DNA of 64,000 nt from contig CBDBLO010000002.1 of NCBI GenBank assembly GCA_965207075.1, positions 1,280,001 through 1,344,000 on the forward strand, in the 5' to 3' direction. The notes beneath the pieces were generated by a model. That model saw only the letters and a program-made list of their open reading frames with translations. It was not told the DNA's origin and made no database searches. The DNA comes from Nitrosopumilus sp. GTDB lineage: Archaea; Thermoproteota; Nitrososphaeria; Nitrososphaerales; Nitrosopumilaceae. This document shows, in pieces, positions 59,743 to 64,000 of this stretch; position 1 is the first letter of the stretch; every line of letters starts with the position of its first letter. Both the position numbers and the translations under genes were made by a program.

Positions 59743-60839
59743 TCGAACCAGAATCCGGGGCTAATCGCAAGGCGCTCCATGCTGCGCCCCTCAAGGGGGC
59801 CTGACACTGCCAGGCCGCCATAGTCCCACGAGGATCCCGTCTGCACGTCTGTCAGTGCGGAGCCCTCGTACTCGAACTCCAGCAGCTGCCCGTCTACTAC
59901 CGGCCTCTCAAACGCCCGAGCGCTTCCCTCGAACTCGGATACAATCAAGACGGGCAGGTCGCCGACCGCGTCGTTTATTGCCCCCGAGTCCTCCGCGTCA
60001 CCCTGCTTGTACGCCTTGTATGTATCGCCGTTCTCAAATCCCAGTATGACCTCCTTTGGGTGCATGGCGTCTGGCGACGCCCCCGCATTGTCCACCGGGA
60101 ATATTATGCGGTAGTCCGTATAGTATCCGCCGTAGGGGTCCACGTCGTATGCGCGCACGTGGCCGGTCTCGGTGGTCAGCACCACGGTATCCTGGTGCAT
60201 CCCCCTCCAGTCGTCCCACCTGATTACGTCAAACGGTACGGTGCCGAGCCTCTGCCCTGCGAGTTCCCCCTTGATGGCGGCCCCTAGGGCCTGGCTCCAG
60301 TATGTCCCGGTTGCCCTGTCGTACATCACTAGGTTGCTGTTGTACAGCTTTCCAGACGTTCCGAACTCTACTGCCCGGTCTCCAAGCGTTCTCTCAAAGA
60401 CCTGGCTCGTATAGCACAGCGGGCAGTACGTTACGGCGACCGGGACCCCCCCGACCACGTCGTTTACGATCTCGTGCCATACCAGTATGCGGAGCGGATA
60501 CGCCTTTGCCTCCCCCCCAATCTCGAGCCCTATCACGACGTCGGAGCCGGACATGAACCCTGCTTCCGCCGCATGCGCGAACTTTGGATCGTCTATTGAC
60601 GGGATTCCGTCCGGCGGCGGGCCGCCGCTGATTATCTTGTCAAGCGGGACCGTGTGCTTTTGGCCGTTTGTTACGGTGACGCTTGAGTAGTCGGTCGGAA
60701 GCACGTCGGATTCAGGGCCGGGCACCAGGCTGTCTGCCGCGGACTCCGCTGGGCCGCCCGCGTCATACGCGTAGAGTATGGCCACCCCTAGGACTATTGC
60801 GGCAGCTCCGGCCGCGCCGGCGGCCATTTTCGGATTCAA
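59700..60839 (-). CDS. DUF3179 family protein
   Basis: SGGPPPDGIPSIDDP, AYPLRILVWHEIVND, TYCPLC, FGTSGKLYNSNLVMYDR. Confidence 0.9.
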   Translation of the reverse strand: MNPKMAAGAAGAAAIVLGVAILYAYDAGGPAESAADSLVPGPESDVLPTDYSSVTVTNGQKHTVPLDKIISGGPPPDGIPSIDDPKFAHAAEAGFMSGSDVVIGLEIGGEAKAYPLRILVWHEIVNDVVGGVPVAVTYCPLCYTSQVFERTLGDRAVEFGTSGKLYNSNLVMYDRATGTYWSQALGAAIKGELAGQRLGTVPFDVIRWDDWRGMHQDTVVLTTETGHVRAYDVDPYGGYYTDYRIIFPVDNAGASPDAMHPKEVILGFENGDTYKAYKQGDAEDSGAINDAVGDLPVLIVSEFEGSARAFERPVVDGQLLEFEYEGSALTDVQTGSSWDYGGLAVSGPLEGRSMERLAISPGFWFEWIAFHPDTEVYEP

Positions 60840-61050
60840 ATCTGATTATAAAAATTCTGTAAAATATTAAAGGATTGTTCCACGTCTGCGAAGTGGGTTC
60901 GCCGCCCCTGCGCGGGAGGTTCTCCTGCAGGGCATACGCTGCACTGATCGAGCGTGGGCATGGTGCCAGCGCGCCGGAGAGCCGGAGATGTGACGCTTTG
61001 GCCCCGAGTATGGAGACGCCAAACCGCGGGGAGCGCCTGCCGCGCGCCGC

Positions 61051-61293
61051 TCACCTCCCCACAGGTTCGCCCCTGCTGAACAACGTCAGCAGCACGCCCG
61101 CCATCGTGGCGCCTATTCCGGCCAGCCCGACAAAGATTCCTGTGTTCTTTACGAGCCTGTACTCCGGTTCGAACTGGCCCGTCTCGATTGAGTAGAACAT
61201 GCCCAGCCCTGCCGCGAACATAACCATCCCGATTATCATGGTCGCGGCCGAGTTCTTCACGCCTTGTGTGGGTACTGCTGCTATTAATCTCAT
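61051..61293 (-). CDS. Small two-TM membrane protein
   Basis: Two hydrophobic helices; start uncertain. Confidence 0.6.
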   Translation of the reverse strand: MRLIAAVPTQGVKNSAATMIIGMVMFAAGLGMFYSIETGQFEPEYRLVKNTGIFVGLAGIGATMAGVLLTLFSRGEPVGR

Positions 61294-61493
61294 GGGCGTG
61301 CGCGTGCGGCCCGGCGTCGTTGTCACTGCCTGATGGTGCGCCTCCTGATGCGAATACCTGCGGTACGGGCATCCTCCTTGTGCCTGCCTTGCCCGCACCG
61401 ATTCAGTTCCCCTTCCCCCTCGGCCGTGCGTGGATGTGGAGCACTCGCGTCGCATGATCTAGCTTATATGTCCCTCAGATTTTTTCTCTGCTA

Positions 61494-61871
61494 ATGGCAT
61501 ATGCCACTGTCGATCTTATTGACGTCGTGCAGAAAATTCTGGATCTTGATCCCAAGATGAGATTTGCGGCTATAATCAACCTGCAGGGAAAGATACGGGA
61601 GGCCATAATGAAGACGGGAAAAACCAGCCTCAAGTCGCAAAAGGAAGAGGAGCACTTCTGCCAGCAGGTGTCCCAGAGAAGGAAAATGCGAAAGGAGTTT
61701 GACCGGTCGCTTGGCAAGGTGACGTACGTGCACGTTGAGCGCGAAAAGGTCTCCCAGATGGTCGTGTATACGAGCCGAAACACGATCTATTTCACGATTG
61801 AGCGCGACATGCCCATTCAAAAGAAGATCCGGATCGTCGAAAAGGTGAAAAAGATTACGAGCGCCATATGA
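61494..61871 (+). CDS. Roadblock/longin-like thaumarchaeal protein (DUF6659-like)
   Basis: ILDLDPKMRFAAIINLQG...FDRSLGKVTYVHVEREKV. Confidence 0.75.
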   Translation: MAYATVDLIDVVQKILDLDPKMRFAAIINLQGKIREAIMKTGKTSLKSQKEEEHFCQQVSQRRKMRKEFDRSLGKVTYVHVEREKVSQMVVYTSRNTIYFTIERDMPIQKKIRIVEKVKKITSAI

Positions 61872-61985
61872 TCGTTGGCGCTATTCTGAGCGTTTAGCGG
61901 ACTGACGGGGCATCTGCCCTGGTGATTCTTGTTTGTCCTGACCGTCTTTGAAAATGATATAATGGGCACCGGAGCGTGAGGCGTC

Positions 61986-62264
61986 ATGAAGGTCCTGGTG
62001 GATGAGCACTCTGACGGATGGGATGTAAAGCTCCGCGAGCGGGGGTTTGAGGCGCAAAGCGTCAAGAAGCTCAGAACCGAAGGCATGGCCCTTCAGGCTG
62101 ATTTCTCCGTATTGAAGTATGCACAGTCCAACGAGATGGTGCTGGTAACAAAGGACAAGGAGAACATAATGGGATGCCGGGAAAACGGAATCCGGTGTGT
62201 GCCGCTGGACGACAACGCGCTCTTCGAGCTCGCGGTCTCCGAGCTTGAGCGCCTCGGCAAATGA
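61986..62264 (+). CDS. DUF5615 PIN-like protein
   Basis: MKVLVDEH...D..VL..A....VLVTKD. Confidence 0.8.
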   Translation: MKVLVDEHSDGWDVKLRERGFEAQSVKKLRTEGMALQADFSVLKYAQSNEMVLVTKDKENIMGCRENGIRCVPLDDNALFELAVSELERLGK

Positions 62265-62291
62265 CTATACGCGCGAACACACCTACCCGTA

Positions 62292-62756
62292 TCAGCGTCC
62301 CTGTGTCCCTGCGCCCTGCCCGTCCCCCGTGCCGTCCTGGTCCCTGAGCAGGTTTTTCCTGACTAGGATTGGAATCTTGTAGAGCGACGCTAGGGCTATC
62401 GCGTCCGACGCGCGGTAGTTCTTCAGGACAATGTCCTTTTTTCCCGTGAGGTACAGGTTTGCGCGCAGGACGCTGCCGCTCTGGTACACCTTGACCTTTA
62501 CTAGCACGATCTCGTTCTCCTCGCATATGTCCGATATCATGCTGTATACCGAGGGGATCTGGATCGGCGCCGCGTCGGCATCCGACATGCACACGATGTG
62601 CTTTGCCACCTCGCCTGAAAAGGCCCTGACGTGGAACTCTTTCCCGTCTTCTGAGCGCAGGACTGCCAGCCCCTCCATCCCGTAGGGGTCAAGGAACCCC
62701 ACCGTCTCGATCCTGGCGGACTGGTAGTCCGGTTCCTGCTCCTCGGCGATGTCCAC
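62292..62756 (-). CDS. Bifunctional nuclease (DUF151) domain protein
   Basis: YRASDAIALA...IPILV motif; start reassigned to VDIAEE. Confidence 0.8.
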   Translation of the reverse strand: MDIAEEQEPDYQSARIETVGFLDPYGMEGLAVLRSEDGKEFHVRAFSGEVAKHIVCMSDADAAPIQIPSVYSMISDICEENEIVLVKVKVYQSGSVLRANLYLTGKKDIVLKNYRASDAIALASLYKIPILVRKNLLRDQDGTGDGQGAGTQGR

Positions 62757-62903
62757 GACGCTACGGGGCGCTGCAGTGCTTATAAAGATACAAGGAAGCC
62801 GCGCCGCACCCCGCCCCCGGGGTGCCCGCACGCCCGGTGCATGCCGCGAACCTGCGCACCTGCCATGCGCATTTATTTAACGGCCAATCGCAGCTGGTTG
62901 AAC

Positions 62904-64000
62904 ATGTCCTCAGAGCACCAGCGCTCCCTGAAATACATCCGGGCAAAGCGCGTCAGGGAGTACATGCGCAAGGACTTTACCATAATGCGCGTGTGGGACA
63001 GCACCCGGAGCGCGGCGCAGAGGATGAGCGACAACAACACCGACACCGTCATCGTGACGGACGTCCGCGCGCGCCCGGTCGGAATAGTAACGGACGTGGA
63101 CATACTTGAGACCGTCAGCAACCCGGAAGTGAACGTGGAGAAGACCCGGCTCGACGAGATAATGAGCGCGCCCATGATCACCACCACCGAGAAGACCACG
63201 CTTGCAGACGCCGCCGTCCAGATGAAGGACAAGGGCGTCCACAAGCTCCCGGTGATATCCAACAACGCCGTGGTCGGAGTGATACGGCAGACTGCAATAT
63301 CCACCGCGATAAAGGAGGCAGTCGGCAGCCCCCCGCGCCTGCTCAGCCCGCCTGTCAGGGCGGTGCTCGGAAACCTGGGGTTCGTGCTCCAGTTTGCAGG
63401 CGTGCTGCTGTTCGTGCCCGCGATCGTGGCCACCATCCTAGAGGACACCACGACTGCCACCGGCATCTATCTCAGCACGGTGCTGCTCTTGGCAACTGGC
63501 TTTGCACTCAACTCTTACGGCGAAAAGGCCGGGCTCAACATGCGGCAGGCGTCTATACTGGTCTTTGCAAGCCTGTTTCTCATGTCCCTGTTCGGCTCCA
63601 TCCCGTACTTTTACGTCATGCCCGAGGACATGCCCCCAGAGGAGGCCTTTGCAAACTCGTTCTTCTCGAGCGCCGCTGGTTTTACCACGGGCGGCCTGTC
63701 GCTGTTTGACACGCCGGAGGACCTGGGGCACAGCTTTACCTTCTTCCGGAGCTATACGCAGCTGGTGGGCGGCATGAGTTTCATATACCTCGTAATCACC
63801 GCGTTCTACTCGGAGGCCCAGCTAAGATCCATGCGCGGCTTTATCACGGGAAGGGCGCTCCATCTCAAGGAGCTCTTCCTGTCGATTACCGTGATATTCA
63901 TGCTCTACATCTCGACGCTTGCCCTGCTGCTGTTCGTGCTGGGCAAGCGCGACCTGCTTGACAACTTTTCGCTGTCCATGAGCACCCTCGCGACGGGGGG
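62904..64000 (+). CDS. CBS-pair + TrkH-type potassium transporter (3'-truncated by window edge)
   Basis: Manual reading: N-terminal CBS pair (VGIVTDVDI; IMSAPMIT; KLPV), then TMs with SAAGFTTGG and STLATG pore motifs; absent from ORF track because it runs off the end. Confidence 0.85.
   Translation, partial: MSSEHQRSLKYIRAKRVREYMRKDFTIMRVWDSTRSAAQRMSDNNTDTVIVTDVRARPVGIVTDVDILETVSNPEVNVEKTRLDEIMSAPMITTTEKTTLADAAVQMKDKGVHKLPVISNNAVVGVIRQTAISTAIKEAVGSPPRLLSPPVRAVLGNLGFVLQFAGVLLFVPAIVATILEDTTTATGIYLSTVLLLATGFALNSYGEKAGLNMRQASILVFASLFLMSLFGSIPYFYVMPEDMPPEEAFANSFFSSAAGFTTGGLSLFDTPEDLGHSFTFFRSYTQLVGGMSFIYLVITAFYSEAQLRSMRGFITGRALHLKELFLSITVIFMLYISTLALLLFVLGKRDLLDNFSLSMSTLATG

Noticed and set aside
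58475-59821. 448-aa ORF
   Set aside because: The Arg/Gly-rich N-terminal two-thirds overlaps another gene out of frame. The real protein probably starts at 58963.

Overview
GC-rich archaeal chromosome segment, most consistent with an ammonia-oxidising Nitrosopumilaceae (Thaumarchaeota), possibly a host-associated lineage. Evidence: archaeal argS, EF-1alpha/S10/Rpo12, EF-2, CDC48, tRNA-intron endonuclease, ATP-dependent ligase, FBP aldolase/phosphatase, futalosine genes and TATA boxes about 25-30 nt before start codons. Housekeeping genes are interrupted by several mobile elements whose ends can be read base by base. These are two near-identical IS481-family copies with 15-bp target duplications, an IS5 (IS903-like) element with a 23-bp perfect TIR whose right end was hit by one IS481 copy, and degraded IS481 and IS110 remnants. 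The most unusual feature is a 1494-bp solo TnpB element (42174-43667) bounded by terminal inverted repeats and a perfect 8-bp target-site duplication (ACAAGGTT). These are DDE-transposon hallmarks with IS1595/ISNwi1-like ends, not the IS200/IS605 or IS607 ends normally associated with prokaryotic TnpB. Also notable: a secreted protein with four Cache domains fused to an NMT1/THI5 binding domain, and an SDR resembling the C-terminal malonyl-CoA-reducing part of Chloroflexus Mcr. No rRNA, tRNA or CRISPR array was seen. All family assignments come from motif recognition by eye, not database searches.
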